Below, piece by piece: positions 45,474-54,406 of a stretch of DNA of 64,000 bases (position 1 is its first letter; every line of letters starts with the position of its first letter). The notes beneath the pieces were generated by a model. It did not search any database. It was not told the DNA's origin and saw only the letters and a list, made by a program, of their open reading frames with translations. Source of the stretch: Bacteroidales bacterium (GTDB taxonomy: Bacteria; Bacteroidota; Bacteroidia; Bacteroidales; VadinHA17); contig JAFGXX010000061.1 in the NCBI GenBank assembly GCA_016936435.1, positions 2,841-66,840 of the forward strand, written 5' to 3'. The position numbers were made by a program, and so were the translations under genes.

Positions 45474-47036
45474 ATGAGATCACCTCTTCTGAGAAAGATC
45501 CGGATCCTGTTCTCGGCAGTAATGCTCATTTGTTTTATACTGCTATTTATCGACTTCAAGGATCTCATCCCTACAAAGTACATCAATTATCTCCTTGCAT
45601 TTCAATTTGTTCCATCGATGCTTAAATACATCGATGCCCCTACCATACTATCTGCAGGTTTCGTTGTTGTACTGCTGCTTACCTTACTTACAGGAAGAAC
45701 GTATTGCTCTTTCTTATGTCCCCTGGGCATCGGACAGGATCTCTTCAGCAGGTTTGGGGGAAGGATCAGAAAAAAATTCAGGCGTTACGGATTTAAGAAA
45801 CCTCATACAATATTACGATATTCTCTCCTCGGAGCCACAATAGTCGTCAGCCTGGTCTGGGGCATCTACCTGCTTACACTCCTGGATCCATATTCTGTCT
45901 TCGGAAGATTCATGACCTACTTTGGCAAGCCTGTTGCCCTTGTTTTAAACAACTTCCTCTCATGGGCATTTCATAAGTTCGACATTTATACTTTCGATCA
46001 TATTACAATTAGCGGTTTCAGGCTCCTGACCTATACTATCCCGGTAGTATTCTTTATACTGGTTGGTTTCATGTCTCTTGCAAAGGGCCGACTCTACTGT
46101 AACACAATTTGTCCTGTGGGGACTCTTCTCGGCCTGATCTCAAAGATCTCACTTTTCAGGATCAAATTCGACGAAAGCAAATGCACCCGCTGCGGACGAT
46201 GTGCAATAAGATGTAAGTCGTCGTGCATAGACTTCCTTCAGCAAAAGGTTGATGTATCGCGTTGTGTAGACTGTTTCAACTGTATCGACGTTTGCCAGGA
46301 TGATGCTCTTTCATACGGACTGGTAAGCTTTAAGAAGAAGAAGGAAGCGGAGGCCGACAGCGGAAAAAGAAAGTTTATTGCAGGGTCATTGATGATGTTA
46401 CTGGGTCTGCAGCAGGGACTAAGAGCCCAGGAAAAAGGTTCTCCTGTCCCAACCAAACAGTCTACTGTAAAGGAAAACAAGACCTGTCCTGTAGCACCTC
46501 CCGGAGCCGGGTCAATAGAAGATTTTAACAAAAATTGCACAGGTTGCTCACTTTGTATTGCTGCATGTCCTAATAATGTCCTTAAGCCAGCTTTAATGCA
46601 ATACGGTATTGCCGGGATGATGCAGCCTGTCATGGACTACCATCATAGTTTCTGTACTTTCAACTGCGTAAAATGCACTGAGGTTTGTCCCACCTATGCA
46701 CTGAAACCACTGAAGATGGAAGCCAAGCAACTTACACAACTTGGCAAGGTCCGCTTCATAAAGGATAACTGCATAGTAAAAACAGAAAAGACTGCCTGCG
46801 GAGCCTGTTCTGAGGCATGTCCCACAAAAGCTGTTTACATGGTTCCTTATGAAGGGAATCTCCTTATTCCCGAGACCAATGAAGATATTTGCATAGGTTG
46901 CGGCCATTGCGAATATGCATGTCCGACTGTTCCCTATAAAGCTATTTTTGTGGACGGGAACCCCGTTCACCTGGCTGCACAGCCACCTCTCAATGAAGAA
47001 GCCGAAATGGAAGCTCACGAAGATTTTCCATTCTGA
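45474..47036 (+). CDS. Membrane polyferredoxin (NapH/MauN-like CX3CP membrane domain fused to multiple 4Fe-4S ferredoxin domains)
   Basis: 520 aa. Two 'GR.YC...CP.G' motifs (GRTYCSFLCPLG, GRLYCNTICPVG) sit among TM helices. Cluster motifs: CTRCGRCAIRC, CVDCFNCIDVC, CTGCSLCIAACP, CVKCTEVCP, CGACSEACP and CIGCGHCEYACP. Confidence 0.8.
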   Translation: MRSPLLRKIRILFSAVMLICFILLFIDFKDLIPTKYINYLLAFQFVPSMLKYIDAPTILSAGFVVVLLLTLLTGRTYCSFLCPLGIGQDLFSRFGGRIRKKFRRYGFKKPHTILRYSLLGATIVVSLVWGIYLLTLLDPYSVFGRFMTYFGKPVALVLNNFLSWAFHKFDIYTFDHITISGFRLLTYTIPVVFFILVGFMSLAKGRLYCNTICPVGTLLGLISKISLFRIKFDESKCTRCGRCAIRCKSSCIDFLQQKVDVSRCVDCFNCIDVCQDDALSYGLVSFKKKKEAEADSGKRKFIAGSLMMLLGLQQGLRAQEKGSPVPTKQSTVKENKTCPVAPPGAGSIEDFNKNCTGCSLCIAACPNNVLKPALMQYGIAGMMQPVMDYHHSFCTFNCVKCTEVCPTYALKPLKMEAKQLTQLGKVRFIKDNCIVKTEKTACGACSEACPTKAVYMVPYEGNLLIPETNEDICIGCGHCEYACPTVPYKAIFVDGNPVHLAAQPPLNEEAEMEAHEDFPF

Positions 47037-47114
47037 TCCTCCTCAGATAAAATATTGATCAGCAGAGTTATCAAAAACATGATAATTGTCTGCTCTGCCT
47101 ACAGTATTATCATC

Positions 47115-47122
47115 TAAATTTG
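47115..47122 (+). promoter_or_regulatory. Candidate -7 box (TAAATTTG) for the epimerase/mmd operon
   Basis: Exact TAnnTTTG match ending 24 nt before the ATG at 47146. Confidence 0.45.
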
Positions 47123-47145
47123 TCGTCTGTATTCAATATATTTCT

Positions 47146-47562
47146 ATGAAACCATCACATATCGAGCATATTGGAATTGCAGTCAATTCCCTTGCCGAAG
47201 CTATTCCCTTTTATGAGAAAGTACTTGGACTAAAATGTTACAACATCGAGGAGGTGGCTGACCAGAAGGTGAAGACCGCCTTTTTTATGATCGGACAGAC
47301 GAAAATTGAGCTTCTTGAATCGACTGACCCTGAAGGACCTGTCGGTAAATTTATTGAAAAAAAAGGAGAAGGTATCCATCACATCGCCTTTGCAGTTGAC
47401 AACCTTGAAGAGAGTCTGAGGGAAGCGGAGTCGCAGGGTATCAGGCTGATAGATGCAGCTCCCCGTCGCGGTGCCGAAGGGCTTGATATAGCCTTCCTCC
47501 ACCCGAAATCGACTTTTGGGGTACTGACCGAATTATGTGAGGGAAATAAAATGAATCACTGA
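47146..47562 (+). CDS. mce: Methylmalonyl-CoA epimerase (VOC/glyoxalase fold)
   Basis: '[23 protein letters not shown]', 'IELLE' and '[11 protein letters not shown]'. Operon context with mmdA. I use the ATG at 47146 rather than the TTG at 47086. Confidence 0.85.
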   Translation: MKPSHIEHIGIAVNSLAEAIPFYEKVLGLKCYNIEEVADQKVKTAFFMIGQTKIELLESTDPEGPVGKFIEKKGEGIHHIAFAVDNLEESLREAESQGIRLIDAAPRRGAEGLDIAFLHPKSTFGVLTELCEGNKMNH

Positions 47563-47566
47563 CCAG

Positions 47567-49126
47567 ATGAACAGCCAGGAACGTATCAGACAGCTCCTCG
47601 AATTCCGGGAGAAAGCCCGAAAAGGCGGAGGCGAGGACCGTATCGATACCCAGCACTCGAAGGGTAAGCTTACTGCAAGGGAAAGACTTACCCTGCTGCT
47701 TGATGAAGGAAGTTTTGAAGAGTATGATATGTTTGTTACGCACCGTACAGAAGATTTTGGTCTTGCCGATAAAAAATATCTTTCCGATGGTGTGATAACG
47801 GGCCATGGGACTATTGACGGCAGGGTTGTGTATGTTTTTGCCCAGGATTTCACAGTCTTTGGCGGCTCGTTGTCGGAGACTTTTGCCCAGAAGATATGCA
47901 AGATCATGGATCAGGCTATGCAGGTAGGGGCACCTGTCATAGGTATCAACGACTCAGGAGGAGCGAGGATACAGGAAGGCGTCAGAAGCCTCGCCGGTTA
48001 TGCTGAGATATTTGAACGTAACATACTGGCCTCGGGTGTGATCCCACAGATATCTGCAGTTTTCGGTCCCTGTGCCGGAGGAGCTGTTTATTCACCGGCC
48101 CTGACCGATTTCATACTGATGAGCCGGAAAAGCAGCTACATGTTTGTAACAGGACCGAAAGTAGCAAGGGCTGTGACAGGTGAAGATATTTCCATCGACG
48201 ACCTTGGCGGCGCCGACGTTCATGCAACAAAGTCAGGCGTTGCACATTTTACTGTCGACGATGAGGTAGAAGGACTGGAACTGATAAGAAAGCTGCTCGG
48301 TTTCATGCCTCAGAACAACCTTGAGGAACCGCCTCAAATTGAATGTGATGATCCGATTTACCGGCTTGAGGACGAGCTTAACGATATTATCCCGGATAAT
48401 CCTGCTCAACCCTACGATGTTAAGGATATCATCACCAGGGTAGTGGATTATCATGATTTTCTGGAGGTTCACGGAGCTTATGCAAAGAACATTGTTGTCG
48501 GATTTGCAAGATTCGACGGCATGCCTGTCGGCATCGTTGCCAACCAGCCTGCCTGGCTTGCAGGTGTACTCGACATCGAAGCCTCCCGAAAGGCTGCACG
48601 TTTTGTCCGTTTCTGCGATGCCTTCAATATCCCTGTAATAACCTTCGTTGATGTACCGGGTTTTCTGCCGGGTTCGGCACAGGAATACGGCGGTATAATA
48701 ATCCATGGCGCCAAGCTTATGTTTGCCTATGGTGAGGCAAATGTGCCCAAGATTACGGTTACCTTACGTAAATCATACGGAGGAGCACACTGTGTTATGT
48801 CGTCAAAGCAACTACGGAGTGATGTTAATTATGCATGGCCCACAGCTGAAATTGCCGTGATGGGTCCGCAGGGAGCCATAGAGATCCTCGACGGCAAAAC
48901 AATAAATGAGATCACCGATCCGGAGAAAAGAAAAGATTATGTTCTGAAAAAAGAACAGGAATACCGCGCAAAATTTGCAAATCCCTATGAAGCTGCAAAG
49001 TACGGGTATCTCGATGATGTAATTGAACCCCGGAATACAAGGTTCAGGATAATAAGGGCCCTGAGAACACTTTCCACAAAGAAAGATCCGGGACTCATGA
49101 AAAAACATGGAAACATACCTCTTTAG
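47567..49126 (+). CDS. mmdA: Methylmalonyl-CoA decarboxylase alpha subunit / acyl-CoA carboxyltransferase
   Basis: 519 aa with '[13 protein letters not shown]', '[11 protein letters not shown]' and '[16 protein letters not shown]', typical of the carboxyltransferase 12S / PccB family. Confidence 0.9.
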   Translation: MNSQERIRQLLEFREKARKGGGEDRIDTQHSKGKLTARERLTLLLDEGSFEEYDMFVTHRTEDFGLADKKYLSDGVITGHGTIDGRVVYVFAQDFTVFGGSLSETFAQKICKIMDQAMQVGAPVIGINDSGGARIQEGVRSLAGYAEIFERNILASGVIPQISAVFGPCAGGAVYSPALTDFILMSRKSSYMFVTGPKVARAVTGEDISIDDLGGADVHATKSGVAHFTVDDEVEGLELIRKLLGFMPQNNLEEPPQIECDDPIYRLEDELNDIIPDNPAQPYDVKDIITRVVDYHDFLEVHGAYAKNIVVGFARFDGMPVGIVANQPAWLAGVLDIEASRKAARFVRFCDAFNIPVITFVDVPGFLPGSAQEYGGIIIHGAKLMFAYGEANVPKITVTLRKSYGGAHCVMSSKQLRSDVNYAWPTAEIAVMGPQGAIEILDGKTINEITDPEKRKDYVLKKEQEYRAKFANPYEAAKYGYLDDVIEPRNTRFRIIRALRTLSTKKDPGLMKKHGNIPL

Positions 49127-49135
49127 ATATAAATT

Positions 49136-49501
49136 ATGACCCTGTTGTTTTCGCTGATAGCCCTTCAGAAATTTGACCCCCTTGCCTGGACTGTTGTTGC
49201 AGTAGGGATAGGAATAGTTTTTCTGTCGCTTTTTCTGGTATACCTGTTCTTCAGGTATGTTATTACTTTTTTCCTCAACTTCAGGCTGCGAAGTTTTGCG
49301 CGCAAAAAAGGTCTCGATCCCTCAGAGGTCGTTACAGCAAAGACCCTGATGTCGGGTGAGGTTAATGCCGCTATTGCAATGGCCCTTTACCTGCATCTTA
49401 ATGAACTTCATGATGTCGAAAGCGGAGTGATAACAATAAAACGTGTTTCACGCAACTATTCTCCCTGGAGTTCGAAACTGTATAATATGAGCAACCTTTA
49501 A
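49136..49501 (+). CDS. OadG-like small membrane subunit of the decarboxylase (delta subunit)
   Basis: 121 aa with a single TM segment (VVAVGIGIVFLSLFLVYLFF). The call rests mainly on its position between the carboxyltransferase and the biotin carrier. Confidence 0.6.
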   Translation: MTLLFSLIALQKFDPLAWTVVAVGIGIVFLSLFLVYLFFRYVITFFLNFRLRSFARKKGLDPSEVVTAKTLMSGEVNAAIAMALYLHLNELHDVESGVITIKRVSRNYSPWSSKLYNMSNL

Positions 49502-49524
49502 TATTAATATAAACCGGCTGTATA

Positions 49525-49950
49525 ATGAAAACATACAAGTTCAGGATAAACGGAAACCTGTATGAAGTTGAGGTTCTTGATATTGAAGGAAATACTGCAA
49601 GGATAGAGGTTAACGGCACCGTATACGATGTAGAAATGCAGAAAGAGCTGCCCGGAAAACCCGTAAGTGTGCCTCCTGTGCGTACAAGGATTCAGAAAGC
49701 AGAAAAGCCTCCGGTATCAGAAGGTGCTCAGAAACCAGCTGAGATAAGAGCCCCGCTTCCCGGAGTCATCATCCAGGTGCTTGTCAGGCAGGGCGATGAA
49801 GTTATATCGGGACAGACACTCTGCACACTTGAAACAATGAAAATGGAAAATGCCATCAAGGCGGAGAAAGCAGGAAAAATATCAGTTCTCAATATTTCAT
49901 CAGGTCAGTCAGTCCTCCAGGATGACGTATTAATGATCATCAATCCGTGA
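49525..49950 (+). CDS. Biotin carboxyl carrier subunit (biotinyl domain, gamma subunit)
   Basis: 141 aa. C-terminal 'APLPGVIIQVLV..GD.V..GQTLCTLETMKMENAI' contains the MKM biotinylation motif. Confidence 0.85.
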   Translation: MKTYKFRINGNLYEVEVLDIEGNTARIEVNGTVYDVEMQKELPGKPVSVPPVRTRIQKAEKPPVSEGAQKPAEIRAPLPGVIIQVLVRQGDEVISGQTLCTLETMKMENAIKAEKAGKISVLNISSGQSVLQDDVLMIINP

Positions 49951-51302
49951 TGCAGAACAGAAGATCATATACAATCATTGGCATCCTGGTCATTTTGTCA
50001 CTTGCATGGATGGCCTTCGTAAAACCTGAACAGGAAAGGAAAAAATTGTCGGCAGAGCAGGGCATTGAAAGTGTGGTCTCTGCTTCTGTTGAGCAGCCCG
50101 ACAAACAGGGTGACGGGAAATTTACATCAGGACTCAGAAAATTCTGGGAATATACAGGCTTCAGGAATGCCACCCCCGGGCATCTAATAATGATCATCAT
50201 CGGACTGATTTTTATTTTCCTTGCGATAAAATATGAATACGAGCCTTTGTTGCTAATTCCAATAGGAGCAGGCATACTGATAGGCAATATTCCGGTTTTC
50301 ATTGAGGGAGGAACAAATCTGCAGATAGGTATTTACCAGGAGGGCAGCGTACTTAATTATCTGTATTTCGGTGTTATGAAGGGGGTTTATCCGCCTCTTA
50401 TCTTTCTGGGAATAGGGGCCATGACCGATTTTTCTTCGCTGATATCCAACCCGAGGCTGCTTCTTCTCGGGGCAGCTGCCCAGGTGGGTATCTTCATCAC
50501 TTTTCTCGGTGCCCTGGTGCTGGGATTCAATATGCCTGAGGCCGGCGCAATAGGAATAATAGGCGGAGCCGACGGACCTACTGCAATTTTTATTTCATCG
50601 AGGCTGGCAAACGGCATGAATATACTGGCTGACGGAACCACAGTTAAAAATCTTATTGGCCCTATTGCCATAGCCGCCTATTCCTATATGGCCCTGGTAC
50701 CGGTAATTCAGCCCCCCATAATGAGGCTTCTTACAAACAGGAAGGAAAGGCTTATAAGGATGAAGCCTCCCAGGGTAGTGACCAAAACTGAAAAAACTTT
50801 GTTCCCGATATTCGGACTTCTTCTTACATGTTTCATCTCCCCCGGCGCTCTTCCGTTGCTGGGAATGCTGTTTTTCGGAAACCTGCTTAAGGAATCGGGA
50901 GTTACAAAAAGACTGGCAGAGACAGCCCGTACATCACTGATAGACATAGTGACAATCCTGATCGGCTTAACGGTGGGTGCATCGACTCAGGCCGATGTAT
51001 TTCTTACGAAAGAGTCAGTTCTTATCTTCGCCCTGGGAGCCTGTGCTTTTGCAATCGCCACTGTGTCGGGAGTCCTTTTTGCAAAGACAATGAACCTGTT
51101 TCTTCCTGAAGGGAGTAAAATCAACCCGCTGATAGGCAATTCAGGAGTCTCGGCAGTGCCAGACAGTGCACGTGTCTCCGAAGCAGAAGGGCTCAAAGCC
51201 GACAAGACGAACCATCTTCTCATGCATGCCATGGGACCTAATGTGGCCGGGGTTATCGGTTCAGCCATTGCAGCAGGGATACTTCTCAGCTATCTCGGAT
51301 AA
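49947..51302 (+). CDS. mmdB: Sodium ion-translocating decarboxylase beta subunit
   Basis: 451 aa, polytopic, with 'EPLLLIPIGAGILIGN', 'GIIGGADGPTAIF' and 'NPLIGNSGVSAVP', typical of the OadB/MmdB/GcdB family. It overlaps the upstream gene by 4 nt. Confidence 0.9.
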   Translation: MMQNRRSYTIIGILVILSLAWMAFVKPEQERKKLSAEQGIESVVSASVEQPDKQGDGKFTSGLRKFWEYTGFRNATPGHLIMIIIGLIFIFLAIKYEYEPLLLIPIGAGILIGNIPVFIEGGTNLQIGIYQEGSVLNYLYFGVMKGVYPPLIFLGIGAMTDFSSLISNPRLLLLGAAAQVGIFITFLGALVLGFNMPEAGAIGIIGGADGPTAIFISSRLANGMNILADGTTVKNLIGPIAIAAYSYMALVPVIQPPIMRLLTNRKERLIRMKPPRVVTKTEKTLFPIFGLLLTCFISPGALPLLGMLFFGNLLKESGVTKRLAETARTSLIDIVTILIGLTVGASTQADVFLTKESVLIFALGACAFAIATVSGVLFAKTMNLFLPEGSKINPLIGNSGVSAVPDSARVSEAEGLKADKTNHLLMHAMGPNVAGVIGSAIAAGILLSYLG

Positions 51303-51415
51303 TTTTATTATTTTTATAATGTTGTCGGGGATGATTGATGGCTTTAGAAGACCCCGTCCTGTAGCGAGAGATTACATCTGGTAGTAAGGGTTTTTAAAAT
51401 TCAGAAAAGTATTGG

Positions 51416-52621
51416 ATGAAAAATGCATTTGCAGGTAATACGGGACCAAAAGTAAGATCCGATTGCGGAGTTACCCTGGAAATCAAGCACAAAGGTGGTA
51501 TCACCATCGATCTGAAGTCAAAGGTCGGAACCCTTTACGGGGAATCAATATCAGCACTCTGCCGGGAAGTTCTTGCACATTTCATGATCCGGGATGCTGA
51601 ACTGTTGGTTGAAGATTCGGGTGCCTTGCCATTTGTTATCATGGCACGCCTTGAGGCAGCAATAAAAAAACTTACGGATTCAGACAGGGAGTACCTTCCT
51701 GTAATGCTAAAGACGAACATTTATTCGACAGAAGCAGACCGGACAAGATTTTCACGCTTGTACCTCCCCGGTAACAATCCTGCGCTTATGATAAACGCCG
51801 GACTTCATTCTGCCGACGGCATCATCCTCGATCTCGAAGATTCGGTAGCTCCCGAAAAGAAGGATGAAGCCCGCCTGCTTGTCAGAAATGCCCTGAGACA
51901 GATCGATTTCCGCGGAGCTGAACGAATGGTGAGGATAAACCAGGGCAAGACCGGGCTGGAGGATCTGAAGGTGCTAATACCAAACAACGTGAATCTTGTG
52001 CTTATACCGAAATGTGATACTGCTGAACAGGTTCAGGAGCTTGATTCGGAAATAAATAAAATAAGAACGGAACGAAAGTTAAAAAACAGGACTTTCCTGA
52101 TGCCTGTCGTTGAAAGTGCTTACGGTGTTGAAAATGCTTTCAGCATTGCAGGAGCTTCTGAGAACGTAGTTGCCATGGCAATAGGACTTGAAGATTTCAC
52201 CGCTGACCTGGGGGTTCAGAGAACACTGGAGGGCAGTGAGTCTTTTTATGCCCGCACCAGAATTGTCAATGCGGCAAAGGCAGCCCGTATTCAACCAATC
52301 GACTCAGTGTTTTCCGATGTTGCAGATATTGAAGGTCTTACTCACAATGTCGCCCGGTCGAAGGCTCTGGGATTTGAAGGAATGGGTTGCATCCATCCAC
52401 GTCAGATAAGGGTTATTAACAAGGGCTTTGCGCCTTCAGCAGAAGAAACAGAAAAGGCCCTGAAAATAGTCCTTGCCTGGGAGGATGCGAAGAACAGGGG
52501 GCTGGGAGTTGTGGCTCTCGGTACAAAAATGATAGATGCTCCTGTTGTTGCCAGAGCCATGAAAACAATAAACCTTGCCGTGAAACTGGGTATGATCCCG
52601 GCAGACCGGAAAAAGGAATGA
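51416..52621 (+). CDS. Fusion of citrate lyase acyl carrier protein (CitD-like, N-terminal about 95 aa) and citrate lyase beta subunit (CitE, citryl-CoA lyase)
   Basis: N-terminal part: 'AGNTGPKVRSDCGV...VEDSGALPFVIMARLEAAIKK', CitD-like with a candidate prosthetic-group Ser in 'RSD'. The remainder is HpcH/CitE-like, with 'SRLYLPGNNPALM...GIILDLEDSV' and 'IHPRQI'. Confidence 0.75.
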   Translation: MKNAFAGNTGPKVRSDCGVTLEIKHKGGITIDLKSKVGTLYGESISALCREVLAHFMIRDAELLVEDSGALPFVIMARLEAAIKKLTDSDREYLPVMLKTNIYSTEADRTRFSRLYLPGNNPALMINAGLHSADGIILDLEDSVAPEKKDEARLLVRNALRQIDFRGAERMVRINQGKTGLEDLKVLIPNNVNLVLIPKCDTAEQVQELDSEINKIRTERKLKNRTFLMPVVESAYGVENAFSIAGASENVVAMAIGLEDFTADLGVQRTLEGSESFYARTRIVNAAKAARIQPIDSVFSDVADIEGLTHNVARSKALGFEGMGCIHPRQIRVINKGFAPSAEETEKALKIVLAWEDAKNRGLGVVALGTKMIDAPVVARAMKTINLAVKLGMIPADRKKE

Positions 52622-52655
52622 TAAGGTAATTATTGAAAAATGACCTATATAGGAT

Positions 52656-54218
52656 ATGCAGGTAAAAAGTACTGTTAATGCAGCCGGCCGGAAAGTCCCC
52701 CTGCTAATAAACGGAGAGAAGGTTGTGCCTTTCAGGGGAGTGGGAAAGCATAAGCCTACAGGGCGAAAGTATGCTCCCCCGATACCCTCTTGTACGGATT
52801 ATCCTCCCGACGGCAATAAGGTGCTGGCTTCACTGGGCGAAGCCCTTCGTAAATGCGGGCTGCGTGACGGGATGACCATTTCAACCCATCATCACCTGCG
52901 CGATGGAGACCTGATCGCAAACAGGGTTTTTGAAATTGCCAGGGAAATGGGAGTGAAGGACCTTGTGTGGTTCCCTTCAGCCTCTTTTCCCTGTAATGAG
53001 CCTCTTATAAAATATCTCGAAGACGGTACCATTAACAGGATTGAGGGAAGTATGAACGGTCCTCTCGGTCGTTTTGTGTCGGAAGGAAGAATGAAGGGAA
53101 CAGCGGTGCTGAGATCGCACGGGGGCAGGGTACAGGCAATACAGGATGGAGAGGTGAAAATAGATCTGGCCGTGCTGGTGGCTCCGAGTGCCGATTCCTT
53201 CGGTAATGCCAGAGGTACCGGAGGTAAGTCCGCGTGTGGAGTCATCGGATATGCAAAACCCGACAGCATGTATGCAACAAAGGTTATCATCGTAACCGAT
53301 AACCTTGTCGACATACCGTGCTACCCTATGGAGATAGAAGGAAACTATGTCGATTATGTCGTTGTTGTCGATAAAATAGGCATCCCTGAAAAAATTGTCT
53401 CGGGAACCACAGAGATAACCAAAAGCCCCGACAGGTTGCTGATAGCCGAACTTACAGCTTCATTTCTCGAACTGTCGGGCATACTCACCGATGGTGTAAG
53501 GATACAGGCCGGAGCAGGTGGAACCTCGCTGGCCATAGGAGTGTTTATACACGAAATTCTAAAAAACAAAGGATGGCGATCGGCCTTCGGTTTTGGTGGA
53601 AGCACTAAGTACATGGTAAGGATGCTGGAAGAAGGCCAGATGGGATATATACTTGATGCACAGGCATTTGATCTTGATGCTGTGAGGTCTGTGGAAGAAA
53701 ATCCACTGCACGTGCCATATCCGGTCTTCAACGCATATAATTATCATTCAAAAGGTAATCTTACCAGTATGATGGATATTATGATCCTCGGTGCAACGGA
53801 AGTGGATCTTAATTTCAACGGTAATGTGGTCAGCCATTCTGATGGTTACCTTCTGCACGGAATAGGAGGGTGGCAGAACTGTCTTCATGCCAGGAATGTA
53901 ATTCTGCCCCTGCCTCTTTTTCGCGACAGAATACCTGTAATAGTTGATAGTGTAACTACCCTGTGCGGACCGGGAGAGTTAATAGATGTAGTGATAACAG
54001 AAAGAGGTATAGCCATTAATCCGCTACGCAAAGACCTGATCAGAAGGGTAAAGGGAAGCGGACTTCCGCTCACGACAATAGGAGAACTTAAGGAGGAAGC
54101 TGAAAATATTTGCGGTAAACCTTCGAAACCCGAATTTGAAGACAGGGTAGTGGCTGCAGTCAAATGGGTAGACGGAACGGTTATCGATGTGGTTCGTCAG
54201 ATAAAAACAAAAAAATAA
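52656..54218 (+). CDS. citF: Citrate lyase alpha subunit (citrate CoA-transferase)
   Basis: 520 aa with 'GMTISTHHHLRDGD', 'IEGSMNGPLG' and 'LRSHGGR'. Confidence 0.9.
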   Translation: MQVKSTVNAAGRKVPLLINGEKVVPFRGVGKHKPTGRKYAPPIPSCTDYPPDGNKVLASLGEALRKCGLRDGMTISTHHHLRDGDLIANRVFEIAREMGVKDLVWFPSASFPCNEPLIKYLEDGTINRIEGSMNGPLGRFVSEGRMKGTAVLRSHGGRVQAIQDGEVKIDLAVLVAPSADSFGNARGTGGKSACGVIGYAKPDSMYATKVIIVTDNLVDIPCYPMEIEGNYVDYVVVVDKIGIPEKIVSGTTEITKSPDRLLIAELTASFLELSGILTDGVRIQAGAGGTSLAIGVFIHEILKNKGWRSAFGFGGSTKYMVRMLEEGQMGYILDAQAFDLDAVRSVEENPLHVPYPVFNAYNYHSKGNLTSMMDIMILGATEVDLNFNGNVVSHSDGYLLHGIGGWQNCLHARNVILPLPLFRDRIPVIVDSVTTLCGPGELIDVVITERGIAINPLRKDLIRRVKGSGLPLTTIGELKEEAENICGKPSKPEFEDRVVAAVKWVDGTVIDVVRQIKTKK

Positions 54219-54224
54219 ACAAAG

Positions 54225-54386
54225 ATGGAGAAGTATAAATGTGAAATCTGCGGATATGTATATGATCCGGCAGAAGGAGAACCGTCACAAGGCATTATGC
54301 CCGGAACTCCCTTCAGTGAACTGCCTGAAGATTATGAATGCCCAGTCTGTTCTGCAGGCAAAGATGATTTTCTGTTAACGGATTAA
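54225..54386 (+). CDS. Rubredoxin (53 aa, below the ORF-track length cutoff)
   Basis: My translation is [53 protein letters not shown]. It has the two CxxC knuckles (CEIC, CPVC) and the canonical 'Y.C..CGY.YDP..G' and 'P.D..CP.C' pattern. The ATG lies 6 nt after the citF stop. Confidence 0.85.
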   Translation: MEKYKCEICGYVYDPAEGEPSQGIMPGTPFSELPEDYECPVCSAGKDDFLLTD

Positions 54387-54406
54387 TTTGTACCCGGAAG
54401 CGGATA

